Assembly (NCBI GenBank): GCA_044892525.1
Contig: CM097885.1
Location: 22,198,001 to 22,262,000 of the forward strand
Length of the DNA stretch: 64,000 bases
Direction: 5' to 3'
From: Schmidtea polychroa
Lineage: Eukaryota
The notes under the pieces are model-generated. The model saw only the letters and a program-made list of their open reading frames with translations, had not been told where the DNA came from and did not search any database. Positions 15,470-30,850 of the stretch are shown piece after piece. Every line of letters starts with the position of its first letter. The first letter of the stretch is position 1. Both the position numbers and the translations under genes were made by a program.

Positions 15470-15990
15470 TACTGTAAAGTTCCTATCCTATAATCCAAAA
15501 CTCGGTACCTAAAATTTCCGTGTTACGGCATGTTGATGTGTGCGGCAGAGTATGATGTATATTATTGCTATATTGCTATGAGGCACTTGCTGTTATCAGC
15601 GTGATTAATATGATAAACTAACCGGTGAACCAAGTGCGTTGTTGCACTATGTAATACTCAAACAGGATACTTTCTGTGTTTGCTTACATTAGTGTCTATT
15701 ACTGTTCAAAATGTTTCAATCTGGAAAACATAAACATAAACCTTAAACTTTGGTTGAAATGGTGGAAATAAATAAGAAAATTTGAAGGGTGAAACGTTCA
15801 GTGCTTTCCCTACGTCTTACATTGTTAATCATACTACCAAATAATTGATCAAAAAAGAAAAAAAATCGAAGGATTTCTTAAGGATTTGGACAGTGATAAA
15901 AAAATTGTAAGGTCTGGTAAGTACCATTTAGTTGAAAATGCTCCTTACATATGGTTTCTATGGGCACTTAATACACATTCAGATTTCTAG
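15470..15990 (+). mobile_element. Tigger/pogo-like transposon remnant (5' part)
   Basis: Degraded psq/CENP-B HTH-like peptides: KHKHK..TLVEMVEI and KIVRSGKYHLVENAPYIWF. Confidence 0.5.
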
Positions 15991-17859
15991 TGTTTTTTTT
16001 GCCATGCACGACAGATGAGAAACTTTTGAAATAATTATTTAACGTGCAATTTGATAAAAAATTTTAAAAAGTTAAACTTAAAATTACTTTAACACTTCAT
16101 TGAAAAAAAATCGAAATAATAAATACATTATTTAAAAATGGAATTATAAATTACTTTACGCGTAAAATAGAAATTAACCAATTGAAATACTGAGTTAATT
16201 GCAATTTTTCTCTATAGCTATTTTATTTTATATTAAAATAAAATGAACTGGATCATAACAATTTACGTATTTGCAGATTATTGGGACCTCCATTTTATAT
16301 TGGAATATCATAATATATGGGCATCTGACTTAGTTTCATGAGTGTAGCAAAGAAATTCTATAATTTAGCTAAAAAATAATAAGTTATTGGATATTATAGC
16401 AAATTTATAATGAAGAGTTTGAAGACTTCAAAATTTTAAAATATTTGCCCGTCAAAAATGACGGAAGAAAATTACAAATTTTACTGTTTTCAAAGGCAAA
16501 TTATGATTTAATTTAATTTACATTTTTTGTGTATGTTTTTGAATTTTCTAATAGTTTTCATTGATATAGTCACTTCCGAAATAATATTAGATAATATGTG
16601 CAACTTGTAATGCTGACACTGACATCTCCTTTTACGTTTCCAATAGATCTTTACCTCGAAGATGATTCCAAATAATGAGCAAAGGCTAACCAGTGCATAC
16701 TAATTTAATCTTCGTCTTTTTTGTTGAATCAACTTTTATTTACTTTTATTTCGAACCGTAATATTGATCTAATGAAAATTTCATAACTAGTAAAATCTTG
16801 TAATTGTGAATTGTACATTGAATGTTACAAAAATCTTTGAAATTTAAATGTGACAGGCGTACATGCGATACTTCTTCTTTGCATCTTCATTTTACCAATT
16901 TGACCGTCGTTTGTGATTACTGTATGAATATATTTCTTTTATCAAAATAATATTATTAAAGAATATTTTCAAAATAATTATTTGCCGATCATGAGTGAAA
17001 TAAAATTGCAGACATTCAATTCACAATTTCTAATTGTTTTAACGTAATTATAAAAATTGATTACTTTTACAATGGAAATTCTAAATAGGAAGACATGAAT
17101 CATATAAAGCCCGGGATAATATACAACAAAAACAAACTTAATTCCGTATTAAATTACTTTGTTACGAGTTTGTTGTTGCTACTGTTTAAATGGAATGAAT
17201 AATTTTTCAATAAAGATGTATTTTTGAATAGATTAATGAAGTAGTAGGATGCGCTTATTATTTTAATTTTATCGTTAGAGAAAAATAATTATAAATTGCA
17301 TAAATAAATGTAGAGATAAACTGAAACTAAGTCTTTCATAGGAACAGCAATGTAACAACAAACGTTACAGGTTTCTAAGTGACAAAAAATAAATTTCTTG
17401 GAGTGCTTTGATCTATTATCGAAAACTAAATGGAGATATATTGAATCGAAAAAGAAAACAAATCAAATGAGAAGAAAAAGGTAAATGAATATTCTTTTTT
17501 TTCAAATCGTGAAAAATCAAAGATTATTTTTTCTACTTTTTCATGAATACGATTTAAGCAATACTATAATACAAGATTACGGAAACTTTAATTCCACGCA
17601 CTGATGAAAACATTACTGGGAACATTGGAGATTACTAAATATATTTAAACAGAATTAAAATAGCAGATATAGATTAAAATTAAAATTTACAAAAATATTT
17701 GAATTGAAAATTTATTTTTGAACCAGAGTATTGACAAATGAAACCCGATATAATTTAACATTAGCAAATATTTGGTGCCCGGGTTTGTAAATATACCAAA
17801 TGAGGTAAATTTTTCTATTATCAGTGTAAATAACAAAAAAATATCATTGTTAACAATTG

Positions 17860-18050
17860 CCCTTGTCATTATCTACATGTTTCCCCTAGATTCTCCACCA
17901 GCATCCAAATTAGATTTACAGATGCTTTGTTACATTTGTAATAAAATAAAAAAACGTGACAAATGTAAAAAATACAATGGGTATAAATGTTGTGAATGTT
18001 ATTTTGGATTGCAGGCCAGTTTAAAAATGTACATACAGTTTAACACTTAA
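17860..18050 (+). pseudogene. Possible piggyBac transposase C-terminal Cys-rich remnant
   Basis: CYICNKIKKRDKCKKYNGYKCCEC resembles the piggyBac cysteine-rich domain. No other motif confirmed. Confidence 0.3.
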
Positions 18051-21000
18051 TTGTTCAACTTTTTTCAAAAGATTATGAAAATGAAATAAAAAATTTTGTG
18101 AAAAAAATTTTCCAAGTGATTAATTTCATTTTATAATATTGACATGGAAAAATTGAGTAAATAACAAAATTTTGACTCGGTCTCATTCATAGAATTTTAA
18201 TGCACTATTAGAGAGTAAAATATATAAATTTATCAAACTTAATTTTTCGAAAATACAAAGAAATAGAGCTTCACATGCAAAATAAAAATGTTTATGTAAT
18301 TACTGCAATGTTTTCTCAAATATTTGATTGAATGTTTTATGTATTACTTACCCAATAATAATTCATTCTTGACTTAATAAAATAGCAATAAATTTTTTAT
18401 TAGAAAATAGTCTCTATTAATGTGATTATTCCTATTTAAAAATAAAGTTTAAAAATCGATAAAATTTTTTTTATCAAAGTAAAAGAAATTAAATACTCAT
18501 TACAAGAAAAAACTGATGCCTAAAATCAATAGGACAAAGAAGAAATGAAAATTGAGAATAGGCATGAATACAATGTAGAAAATAAAACAAATCGCTTTCA
18601 CCATTTCAATCTTTTTCTACTATTGGTTGGCAGTTGTACAAATTTTATTGTTCAAATAATAACAATTAATAAATATTTCTAGAATTATAATGATACATCG
18701 AAATATATTAAGTATGTGCGTTTTTGTTTTTATTTTATTAGGAGATTTACAGTGAGAACTTTTATCCTATTAGGGATTAAATTCTTTTTAGTCTTTATTT
18801 TAATAAGGTGTATTGTTTTATTTTATTTTTCAGATAACAATTGATCAAAAGAAAAATTGAAAATTATATTATATCTAAAAATTAAAGACTTTAGTGATAA
18901 AAATTAACTAGACTTCCTACATTAACTATGAAAGTATGGTTAATAACTTAGGCTTGTAATTTTACTACAGTAGATTTGAAACGTTATAAGTTATACAAAC
19001 ATTTCTAATTCGAATTTGGTAACACTGAGTACATTGGATAATCAAGTAGCATTGTTAGGGAATTGTTTCATTAAATAATTTTAAAATATAATTATGGAAC
19101 ACTATTGTGCAATGCTGCTTTGTCTCAGAATCTCATTTAAATTCTATTCAAGAAGAATATTAATAAGTAATGAGAAGAACATGCATATATTACTTCGGGT
19201 TTCACCTAACGAATTATTCGCGATTTCTATGTTTCTATTATCGTGAAAAATAACATTTGATCATTTATAAAATAAGATTTCTATGTTTAAATTGTATTAC
19301 GGTTAAAGAAAATATTATCATTGATATTAGTACTGTAGATAATGATTCTTTTAAAAAGACAAGATATTTAAAGCAAATTATTTTATGCAATTAATAATTA
19401 TTGTTATAATAGAACATGAACAGTATGTCCCAAGCCAAATATCCAACAAAGACGATTCTGTCGAACCACTCCTCCCTTAAATTTTTTTGAGGAGATTTAG
19501 GTTTTAAATTGAATTTTTTGTTCAAATATTGTATTTTTACTTTTTGTTTTAACTATTTGTTTTTATAAATTTTTAATTTAAATTTCACTAAAAAAGCCAA
19601 AAATAAATTCACAAACAAAAAAAAGTTAAAAATAATTTTTTGATAAAACCACTGAAATTTATGATCTTGGTCACTTTGAACATGGACTTCTTAGTCACAG
19701 GATTTTGTGATCGAATGCGATTTGCAATTTTTTACAGTTACTATTTTACATTACTATTTTACAATACGATTAATTAATTTTCATAAATTTTCACATTTGT
19801 TTAAAAAGGTTTATTCCGGTAAAACTTTATTGATCCGACAATTTGAGGAAAAGATTTTAATATTAATTAATTTTAGATATAATATGTTATTTTGCTTTGT
19901 TTAAAAATTAGTTATTTAATTCGGATTTTTTTTAAGATTCGAAAACCGTTTTTTAAACGGAAAAACCGGTTTTAGTTACCATATTAATTTGTGAAAATAA
20001 GTAAATTATTTAACTGATGAAGTTTACATTTATACAAATTTAAATATGACTGGTCTGATATCAAATGAAGAATGCTTGAAATCTTTTTAATAATAAGTTA
20101 GGAATAAAAAATACATTTGTTTGTTCAAAGTAAATTTTTAGGAAGGTATGTTTTAAATCGCAAATTTTTTTTTCAGTGTAAATACTTTTTAAATAAACAT
20201 TTGAAATTTTATGTGATATATTACTAAACTTTGAACAATTTGAATTAAAATCAACTATTTATTAGTTATTAATAAAATAATTAAACAATTTTCAATTTAT
20301 ACAATTCATATTAATAACAAAAATAGTGTGGTTTAAATAAAATAGTATGTTTAAAAGGTATGTTTAAATAGTATGTTTTAAATAAATTATTGTGTTTTAT
20401 AAAAAATAGTAAGTTTTAACAAATTGCTTTACTTTAACCCATAAATGTCTAAAATTGCACAGAAACACATTATAGATCCTAATGAGATTTATTCCGATCA
20501 AGAAATCTCCAATATGATATTTAATGTTTTTTGCTCAAAAAATAAAATGAAAACAAAATGAAATGCAAAAGATGTGTTAGTTTTTATTTAAATTATGTAA
20601 TACGATAGTTCGAGACAACAGAAAAATACACTTTAAAAAAAACAAACATCACAGCAACATTCCGCTGTTGCCATCTCCTACAAATGCATTTGATACTGTC
20701 TACTAAAATATTTTACTTCTGCAAATTGCATGGTTCTATGATTAAATTGAGTGATACAATGACTAAATAGTCTGGAAAACCCTGTAAAACTTTGTTTTAG
20801 TAAACTTATGAAAACTTACGAAATTATGAAAATCACTTATTCAGCCAAATAAGACCCTTGGACTATTAAAAAATTAAAATAACTTTAAATATTTATTTAT
20901 TATAATGATAGTTTAGCAATGTGTGTCATCAATAAAATCTTTAATCGAATTTATTAAAATATAATTTAAAAACTTTAATAATCAATCATCTTTGTAGTCA

Positions 21001-24000
21001 ATTTATTCTAGAAAAGCGATGTATTTATTGGTGTCAAATAAGTTTGATGTATAATTATCAACTTGGTCTCATTTATAACAATTTTCCCATCACTAATTGT
21101 AGCATAGAAATCAGAAATGCAAAAATGTGTGAAAATGTAAAAAGAATTTAATTTAGTAGGTAACTGGATTGTGTAATTGACTATTTAAAAGATTTCCGAG
21201 TTACGCACTGTTAACTACTAAATTTTCAATAAATTAATTCAATTTAGACAAAAATATGTTAAAAATCTGGAAATATGTTTATCGTGAATTGGGGATTTAT
21301 TTATTAATTATATTTTAATGAATTGATATAGTATTTATCAGTTACATTCAATCAAAATTCATTCAGATGGCATAAAATATATTCGAGCATCGGACAAAAT
21401 ATATGAATTAATCGATACATCTATATTGGATAAAATTAATTATCAATTGTGATATTTCCCCTTTGGTGTATTTAATTTGTTTGCTGACATTTCGTAGAAA
21501 AAAAGTAGAAGAAAAACAACACAAACAACTAGCCAATAACTTGCAGCAAGCAAACCAAATATAAGAAATCGTAATTGAAAATCGATTAAAACAAAAAAAT
21601 CTATTAAATAATAAATTCAAAATTGTATCAGTTATCTTTTGAAAATATAATTAATCTAATAAATCCACAATAAATAGAATTTTATAAATTATTTTTAAAA
21701 GTTTTCAATTATATTTAGTTGATGTCATTACAAATTTGTAGGGGGAATGTTATGGTTGATAAAATGTAGGATTAGGTATTATTATTGAATTATGGGAAAT
21801 AATTCTGCAAATGAATAAATAAAGTTTGATATTGATATTTGTAGTGACTTAAAAATTAATATTAATTGATTTCATGTTGTGCATATTTAGTGTTTATTGT
21901 TAAAATTTTAAATTTAGAATTACAATTGAAATTTTTGACAATCAGTAATTTCATTAAAAGTTTTAGTTTGAACTTTCTTATATAATTATATTATACAATT
22001 ATTAATTTCTTATATTAATTAATTTCTTAATTTAATTTCTTAATTAATTTCTTATATTATACAATTTTTATTAATTTAATTCCTGAGATAGTATTATTGA
22101 AAAAATATGTTTTTAAAAGTAATTCGTAATTGAATTATTTATTATATAAATTCACTAATTTGTAATTTAATGCTACAACTTTTTTAGTGAATTTTTATTT
22201 TTATGTAAGTAAAATAAATAATGTAAAATCAGAGAGAATATGTATTAACAATTAACGATTTAAGTAATAAAAAATAAACCAAATCACACAAAGAAAACGG
22301 AATTAAATATAGTCAAAAATCGCTAAATTTTTTGGATAATTTATCAAATCTTTCTGATGTTGTAATTAATATACGTTTCAATTGGAGTTTAACACAAATG
22401 ATAAAAGTTTCAAAGTTATAAAAGAAACAATTTGGCGTCGAGTAATCAGTAAGAATGATATTAAAAATGAATTTTGAGAATAACTTGAAGATATTGTTAT
22501 ATTGTTATCAAGATTTTATCAAGATTAAATATAATAAATTCTTGTAATGCCCAAAAAAGTTATTTTTAAAAAAATATATTTCAATTCGTTCTTTTTTATA
22601 TTCATTTTCATTTTTTACTATAAATAATTTTAAAAATATCTATAAAATTGACACTTCCAGTTAAATAACAAAAAATGTCAGAAAATCAAAAATTTCAGTT
22701 TCATTTTCGGCACGCTCGACTGTCTATTTATAGTTTGAATAAAAGGCCTTATTTAAATGCAAATAAATATTTTTTTTTATATTTATAATTTATGAGATGC
22801 TAGGAAAATATAAATGATTTATGGGTTTTAAGAATCATCTCACTATCATTAATATTTTTCTTTTAGTTAAAAATATTAATATGATTCTTCATTTTTATAT
22901 TTTTCACGTTATAGGAAGATAGTTATCGGGATAACTATTAGACCAGCAGTTTCTAAACTTCTGTGAATTGAAAACTTCTCTAAATATGACGATTTCCGTG
23001 CGCCAAATGAATAGTAAATAAGCAGAAAGAGAAATGAATAGTATTATCATCTTATTTGTTTCATTTTATAATTTAATACATGTATTTAAAAAATATAAAT
23101 CTAGTCACAAAATTTAAAAATCATTTATTTAACAAAAACCCAGACTCATTTGAACGAGTACTCATTTTTAAATTTCTAAACTGAGAAATTATTAAATTGA
23201 CTATTAAATTAATAAAACATTATTGCGGTTAACTAAAAAATTAATATAAAGAAAACAATATTTTTTTACACAGGACAATAATTAAATTAAGAAAACATTT
23301 TATTTGTATTGATAATCAACAAATAACAAAACAATCTAAAGTATAATGTGATTCTAAAGTATAATAAATATTTTTTGAATGTAACGTCAACCGCTAATAA
23401 TTTTTAGTCTATTGTCGAAAACGTATATTATATAATAAGTGTTTTTTTTTAAATTTTTATGCAAAATGTTAGAAAAAGGAAATCGCGGAAAATTTTTATT
23501 GAAAAAAGTAGATCTTATATAAAAATTAGTTCACACCCTGGTCTACATCATACAAAGAAAATTCAAAATTTCTTAACATTATATACTTCATCATTTCGTT
23601 ACTTCATAGAGGATTCAGATATGTTATCATCTATTAAACATTTCAATTATTAAGCCTTAATAGAAAAATGAACACAATAGTCATTTTTATGTTTTAAATT
23701 CCATCCTTGTGCGTTTCTTGGTGCAAAATATTTTTAAAATATTAACACAACCCACAATTTTTAAAACGTCGTATTATACTGGTATTGGTGATAATTTTAG
23801 TGAAAATGGTAAAGTTGTATATAAATACATGACATAAATTAGTGCAATAAATTTGTAATTTTGCAAATTTAGACTATTAATTTCAAGATAAATAATACAA
23901 GTTAATAAAATCATTGTTTTTATTTTGTTAAATAATTGATCCAATTCAAGTCTAGATTTAGTGATTTGCATTAATATTTATATCTTAACTTGATACATTA

Positions 24001-26073
24001 TTTAATAGACGAGTATCATTGGCATACAAGATTAACAAAATATTTATGGCGACTGACAAATAAGTACCCGATATAAATTTTAAAATATTTCTAACTTATC
24101 AAAATTCGGAGATATGTTAAAAAGAAAATGGTTATTAAAGCGTCTATAATTTGTGATTCTAACTGACATTCAATAAAAGTTTATTTTGAGTTCGATAGGG
24201 CGGTACTTTTGGAATACTTTTATATCAATTGAAACAATGGTTTTAGAATGAAGATCATAATTCGTCCTTGAAGGTATAAATTACAATATTGAAAGTTTTG
24301 AATATTGGCTAATAAAATTAAGTTAACATTGTGTTAAGAATATTGCATTGTAGTATAAATTTAATTGTTATAATCCTTAAGAATTGGATACATTTGATTA
24401 AAAAAATTCTCCGGCAAAAGAAATTGGTGACACACGTTTAAATTAACTAATTGATGGTAAATCTCATTCCGTACCTACTATTTAGAGGAAAATTTACATT
24501 TATTTCAATTGGCTGTTAATTTATTTATCTATATAAACATACGAGCGAACTTTATGAGTGATACAGAAACTTTTTTGTTTTTATAAAAAATAGTAAACAA
24601 TAAAGTTACTGAAAAAAATGTCACACTTCAATATCAATAACATAGACAATGGCGTTTATATGATGCGTCAGTAAATTAAAAATAGTTATTGTTAATTTAT
24701 CCAATGTTACAAAAACTGAAAATATTCAATCGTTTCTATCCATTTAGTAATGAACTTAGTAATAATCCTTCAAAATGAGGGACTTTACATGTTTAAATTT
24801 CAGCTATAAAGATGATTAATTTTTATGTTCTAATTGTATATAAATCAAAAGACATTCTCTTCTAAAAGGCTATTTTTTTCAAAATTAAATTAAATAAAAC
24901 ATGTGCAAACTTTTATATAAAAATAATAATAAATAACTAATAACTAAACTGGATTCATTTAAAATCTTTAAATAGTGGAATAAAAATTAACTAATTTAAT
25001 TGTAAGGTCAAGAACGCACTATTTAGGCCAGTTACTTTTCTCTACTCTAGAATGGAGATGTTAAAAATGTAAATATATACTAAAACAGAGGTTTTTAATA
25101 GCAAATTTGCTCTTTAAATCACTTAATTGAAATTTAAATGTCCTTCTTGTAATGACAAGTCGCGTAAAGAAAAATATTTTTATTCAAATATTTGTTACTG
25201 TTTGTTTTCTTGAAATTAGTCTTCCAGTTTGTTGGAAACATGAATTTTTACATTTAGAGTATTTTATTTACTATTTTCTATAGTTAATTTAAAATGTATA
25301 ACCTAGTCATTTCTCAAAAACTATGTTGAATAATAATACATATAAATGTTTAAAATCTTGTTCATACATAATCTGCAATTAATCTTCATTTTTATGTTCT
25401 ATCACCTCTTATTTTAATTTAACAAGTTTCTTAAATAATTTGATTTACCTTTTATTAAAGACTCAAAATAACCCCTTTTAAAATAAACTGATAGGTTAAC
25501 CTAAAAATCAGTTTTGATTCAGTATAATCTAATCATAGAACTGTTATTAGCATATCAAGGAAAAAATAAACTCCTTTTTAAATGACAAAATTACAAATAG
25601 ATTCAACCTTACTTTCTATTGTAATTCCAGCATTTAAAATAGTCATCTTGATTAAATATTTAAACAAATAGAAGCAAATTTGCCATAAAATATTAATACC
25701 AAAATAATTAGATTAAAATAATTTACCTGGAAAACTTTAAAATGATCAAATCGGTTAGTAAGTAATAAAATAATACATTAATGTAACATAAATCCATCTA
25801 ATTTGATAATAAATAAATCTAAGATGTCATTTAGAATTTAGCTTTGTTAATCCCTATTCCAATTAATAATTATATTGCATTAATATGGCGTCAACTGATA
25901 ATCGATTGGTTGATCAACATACAATTAAGTTATTCAATTCGTGATTAATTCGTGACTTAAAATTCTCAAATTTGGGGCAAATTTGAATAAAGGTAATTAA
26001 AAATATTAAATTTAAAATTTACATTGCTATTACGAAGAAAAATTAAAAATGAAATGATAAATAATTTACTTAC

Positions 26074-26673
26074 ACTGATACTTAATAGATCTTCATTATC
26101 CATGGCATCTAAATCAAAAGATCGTTCAAGCCAATTGTCAGTTGCAATCATCTTTCGATGAAAATTGTAATTTTCAACTGACGATAAAAATGGATCAAAC
26201 AATTTATTATCTTTCAAATGAGAAAGAAATCCTGTTGAAATACTAGGATTTTCTGAAGCCTTTTTCTGTAAAAATGTTTGTTTTCCTAGACTCTGAGCGA
26301 AACCTTTGTTGGATAGTTGGAGAAAAGTGTCATCGTTGAAATTATCATTGTCGTAAAAGTTGCTAGATCTTGGTACCATTGGGGATGGAGTGTGTTGATA
26401 TCGACGGTTTTGAGAAGAATTTTCCGGAGTCTCTGTTGGAGATTTTTCGTTTTGGCAATTCATTTCAATCATTGATGTTTCCAGTGAATAGACTTCATCA
26501 GACGATGAACTTGCACTGTCATCGTCAATAAACTTTAATTCATCTACATCTTGAGATAAGGATGTTGTAGAAAGACTTGATTGACTGTAGTCGTCATCTA
26601 ATGTCCAATAAGAATAAAAATTTTCATTTTCTTCCAAATCTTTAAATTTTCGAAAATTATTAAAAATATCCAT
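26074..26673 (-). CDS. Probable upstream (first coding) exon of the PSD/EFA6-like gene, Ser/Asp-rich
   Basis: Long low-complexity ORF (25966-26724) with a strong GTAAGT donor at 26072-26073 in phase 0, matching the phase-0 acceptor of the 15150 exon. Linkage is inferred from strand and phase only. Confidence 0.6.
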
Positions 26674-28602
26674 ACTTGAAAACAGCGATTGATTACACAG
26701 TTCAAAAAAAAGCAAGATTTGCATTAATTTATTTAAATGAATAAATGAAAAATTCCATTATTATTTAAAGTCGAATCTATTCTAAAAATATTATTTCAAA
26801 TAAATCAACAAACTCAAAATATTTTTAAGATTTTATTAAAATTCTAGACTATATTTATACATATATATTTCAAAACTGAATCAAATTACCATTTAAAAAT
26901 ATTTATAAGTAAACTAGTTGAATAGAAAATAAAATAATAAATTTCAGTAATATTTAATTTTGATTATGCATCATTTGTAATAATAATATGTTAGCATTGT
27001 AAAACAAAAAGAAATTATCTTTAAAATTTGTAATAAATTTTTCATTTTTAATTTATACATGTGGTTACCAATTAATTAATCAAATAAAAAATAATATAAA
27101 ACTTGAATTTCCCCAAATAATTTTTAATTATTTTACACTAATATAATTGAAATACTTAAAATAAATTTTAATGACCATTGGATTGGTAAAATAAACATTG
27201 ATAGATCAGTATCGACTACAATATTTTAGTATATGCTACCAGAATTCTGCATCCTTAATTTGACCATTTTTGCAAGAAGTTTGAAAATAAATAGTTCCCA
27301 ACTGTGGCTATTTATTACAGATGCACTGTATATGTAACAGAGTCAATTATTCTATGACTTTGGTGCATTTTATTTTTTTTATTTTGACTTTTCTTTTTTT
27401 TACAAGCGAAAGTAAGTGAATTTTAATATTAATTTTTTTAATTTACTAAATATTTTTCAATGCATGTTGTTGAATATAAATATTACCTTTCGTGGTAAAA
27501 TAATATTTTTTTTATTAACGAATATGTTCAAAAATTTAATAAATATATTGAGATATCTTTTAAACAAAACTTTATTACCATATCGAAATTAATTTTGACG
27601 TTTTCTTTAAACTTTTTTTTGTTAAGAACATTATAAGATTTTTCACTATAAAATATTCATTTATACATATATTATTATTATTATTTTAAAATATGAATTA
27701 CATTATTAAAGAATTGTTGTAACTATTTGTATATTTTCGTAATGTTTCAACTGAGAATAATAATGCAACATTGTATCGTATTTTTAAAATTTTATTTTTC
27801 AATTATTTTATATATTCATTTTTTGAAATAAAAATGCAATCTTAAAGAAATTATATGATTATATATTACCATTGTAAGTAATCTTCAGTGTCAGTATTAG
27901 AAAGTCGCCAGAGGCAAGCAATTAAATATCTTCCCTTGTGAATTATAAGACAAAATATTAAAATCATATATGTATGACTATAATTTTTTTAAATAAACTA
28001 TATTAAAGTCATATTTAACTGACAATGGTAAACGAAAAATCTTATATTTATAAAATATATGAGTGATCGCTTTTATTAAGTAGCTACGTAAGTCAGGCTG
28101 CGTCTATGCTACACCGTATTGACAGTAGTGATATTTGTTTTTACAACACCTTACTTTTCAACATAAACTTTTTTTGTGGGCCTAAAATAAAGGAGTAAAA
28201 TTTTCGCATATTTTAAATATTAATTTACTGTTTATTTATGTAAAGAAGCATGCCTAAATGCTTTGTATATAAAAAATCTTTACGGTGTTGTACGAAGACA
28301 TATTATTACCCCCAAACGGACCCATTAAAAAAGGAAGCAAGAACATCGGTAACCTGTTAGTGGATTCGGTGTTTCAGTTGCGACCCTGTTTATAGATTTT
28401 CTTTCTGAACTGCTTGGCTGGCGAGATTTAACAGATTCAAATGTTTTGAACAAGTCTGTTGCAAGAGGTTGTTTCCAAATTTATGAGGTATTTAAGGAAA
28501 CTCCAAATTGTTCTGAATTCTGCCTTAATAAACCCATGCTACCTATTTCCATTTTTACTTATGACCATCAAATTACAAAGTACTGTATTTGTTATTACTC
28601 GG

Positions 28603-29819
28603 TAATGATTGCAAAATATCCTAAAATGTAATTATCAATAAAAAATTTATCATATTTCGATTTATCGATAAAAATCAAACAAAACAAATTTTTATTAAAG
28701 TTTTTTTTAATTTAATTTAACTATTTTTGTGCAGAAAATCCCTTCAGCCGAAAACGCCCTTTCTGAATCAACACTTGTTGGTTGTACGGATCTAAGGTAG
28801 TTATAGGCCAATTCTAAGTATTTACCACGAACTTTCATATATTCAAAGTATATCATTTCTCTTTTGATAATTTTATTTATATCTCCTAACGTTCTTTGCT
28901 GTGGTCGTTGTGGACCTTCAAGATTTAAATTAAATTTTTCTTGTATTGTTCGGTGATTTTTTTCTTTCATTGATAATATAACATCAAGAACAGAAGTGTG
29001 TTACACCTCTAAAACTTCTTCTATAATATCATTCGTGTTTTCAACTAAGTTTTCATCATTTTTCTCACAATGACTCATCACCAATTTTACAACAGCTTTA
29101 GTTATTAAACTTTTACTTGTTTGACAGAATATATCATAATCTTCTTCGTTTGATGTAAAGTAGCCTTTCGGATTATTCAAATATTGAAAAACATCTGCAA
29201 AAGTAGTTCGGAATTCCTTGATACGTAAAATCAATTCTGATTTAAATTGAATATTTAAACAGCTGTTTTGTTGAGATAATTCATCCAGCATAAATTTTAA
29301 AGTGATGTCAGCACAAAATAGATTTTTGTCTCGACAACAAAGTGTTTCCACCGCCACTTTAATGGAAAGCAGCGCTGATATTATACTTGAAAATAAGTGA
29401 AATTGTTCATCTGAAAAATATCTATTAGGTCAATTAGACTTTTTCTTACCATATTGTTAATTAGCTGAAATCATTCGAGCATATCTAGTAAATTATTCCA
29501 TCGTGTTTTCGAATCCAATTTCAATTGCATTACCTTTCCAAATTATGCCTTTACATATTTTTGAAGAACATTATCATTTTTTGTAGGTGATCTGCAATTT
29601 TTAACAATTTTATAAAAAGTTTAAGTGTAAAAACAAATTAAATTAATTAGTTGAAAAATTAAACTATCCAAAACTTTGAAAAACTTTTCAGAAATTGAAA
29701 AATGTGTGTTGGTTAATATATCGAATTATCGATGATATTTAGAGGATTTATCGGCAATTTTAATAATATATTTTTGTCCCGATTAATCGGTTTATCGATT
29801 ATCGATATCGCAATCCCTA
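28603..29819 (-). mobile_element. Deleted hAT transposon with C-terminal transposase remnant
   Basis: hAT dimerization motif SVQPTSVDSERAFS (28707-28970) and upstream transposase pieces (29001-29600). Right end TAGGGATTGCGATATC (minus strand); degenerate left end TAATGATTGC. CTCGG on both flanks. Confidence 0.75.
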
Positions 29820-30039
29820 CTCGGCATACAGCAACGAGTTCTGGGCTTGTAACTTGTCTTGATTTTTCATTTTGAAAACTTGAAACATTATCCTTGATTA
29901 TTTTATTTGGCATTGATTTTAAGGATTTAAAATATTGAAAATTGTTATACAGAAAAGTAAAACAAAAAAAATGATACGATGATAGAAGATGTAATGAACG
30001 ATTTTACGATCTATTTTTGTTGACACAGATAGTCTTTCT

Positions 30040-30850
30040 TGTTCATACTTTGTTCCCTTTATTATAGAATGACTCTTTACTAATTTCATGTTCTGGTAGC
30101 GTGGACGCACATCTAAAGATAAAAATAACTTTCCAAATGCTATACAAATTTATTAAGTAAATTTTATTGACAATCAAATCTGGATGTGACTGGCTTATAG
30201 GGTCCAAAGTAAATAATATTTTTCTCGAAATTTGATTTTTGGATTTACTTTTCATTCTCTATGACTATTTTATCTATAACTAATTATAAATTCTTTTATT
30301 TCATTTATATAATTTCTGAGTCTTTGAATACCCAGCAATATATTTTTGTCTATTTTCATTTCAACTCTAATAATGTTCTCATATGTTCTACATGTAGGGT
30401 ACTCTTTCGTTATCTCATTATTTGACCCACAAACATGTGAAGCAGTTTTGACTAGAGTTTTTGGCCTCAGTAAGCTTTTAATATTTCTCATAATATCATT
30501 TTGCTGATGTTCTCTAAATATTTTGAATCCAATTCTTACTTTATTTTCTCTTATATTTTTTGTGGCTCATTTCACTTCTGATGAAATCCTTTGTACATTC
30601 TTCAGCTACATGTCTTGTACTCAGAAAATATCTAATCTTTCTTGGTTCTTTTAGTTCTTTTATCATGAATATCTCGATCAATATTCATGAATACCATTAG
30701 GATGTGATCCACTCTTCCAAAACCTTTGTCTAATTTAATCTCGAACCAAATATGTTAATAAACGAACTTTATTCCATTTATTTCAAACAAAGTAATATTT
30801 TCTAATTATGTTCTGATTTCTTTCTTGAATCTTGTAAAGAAATATAAAGA
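30040..30850 (-). pseudogene. Highly decayed coding remnant, possibly a non-LTR retrotransposon C-terminus
   Basis: Several short same-strand ORFs with Cys/His-containing segments; no diagnostic motif intact. Confidence 0.25.
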
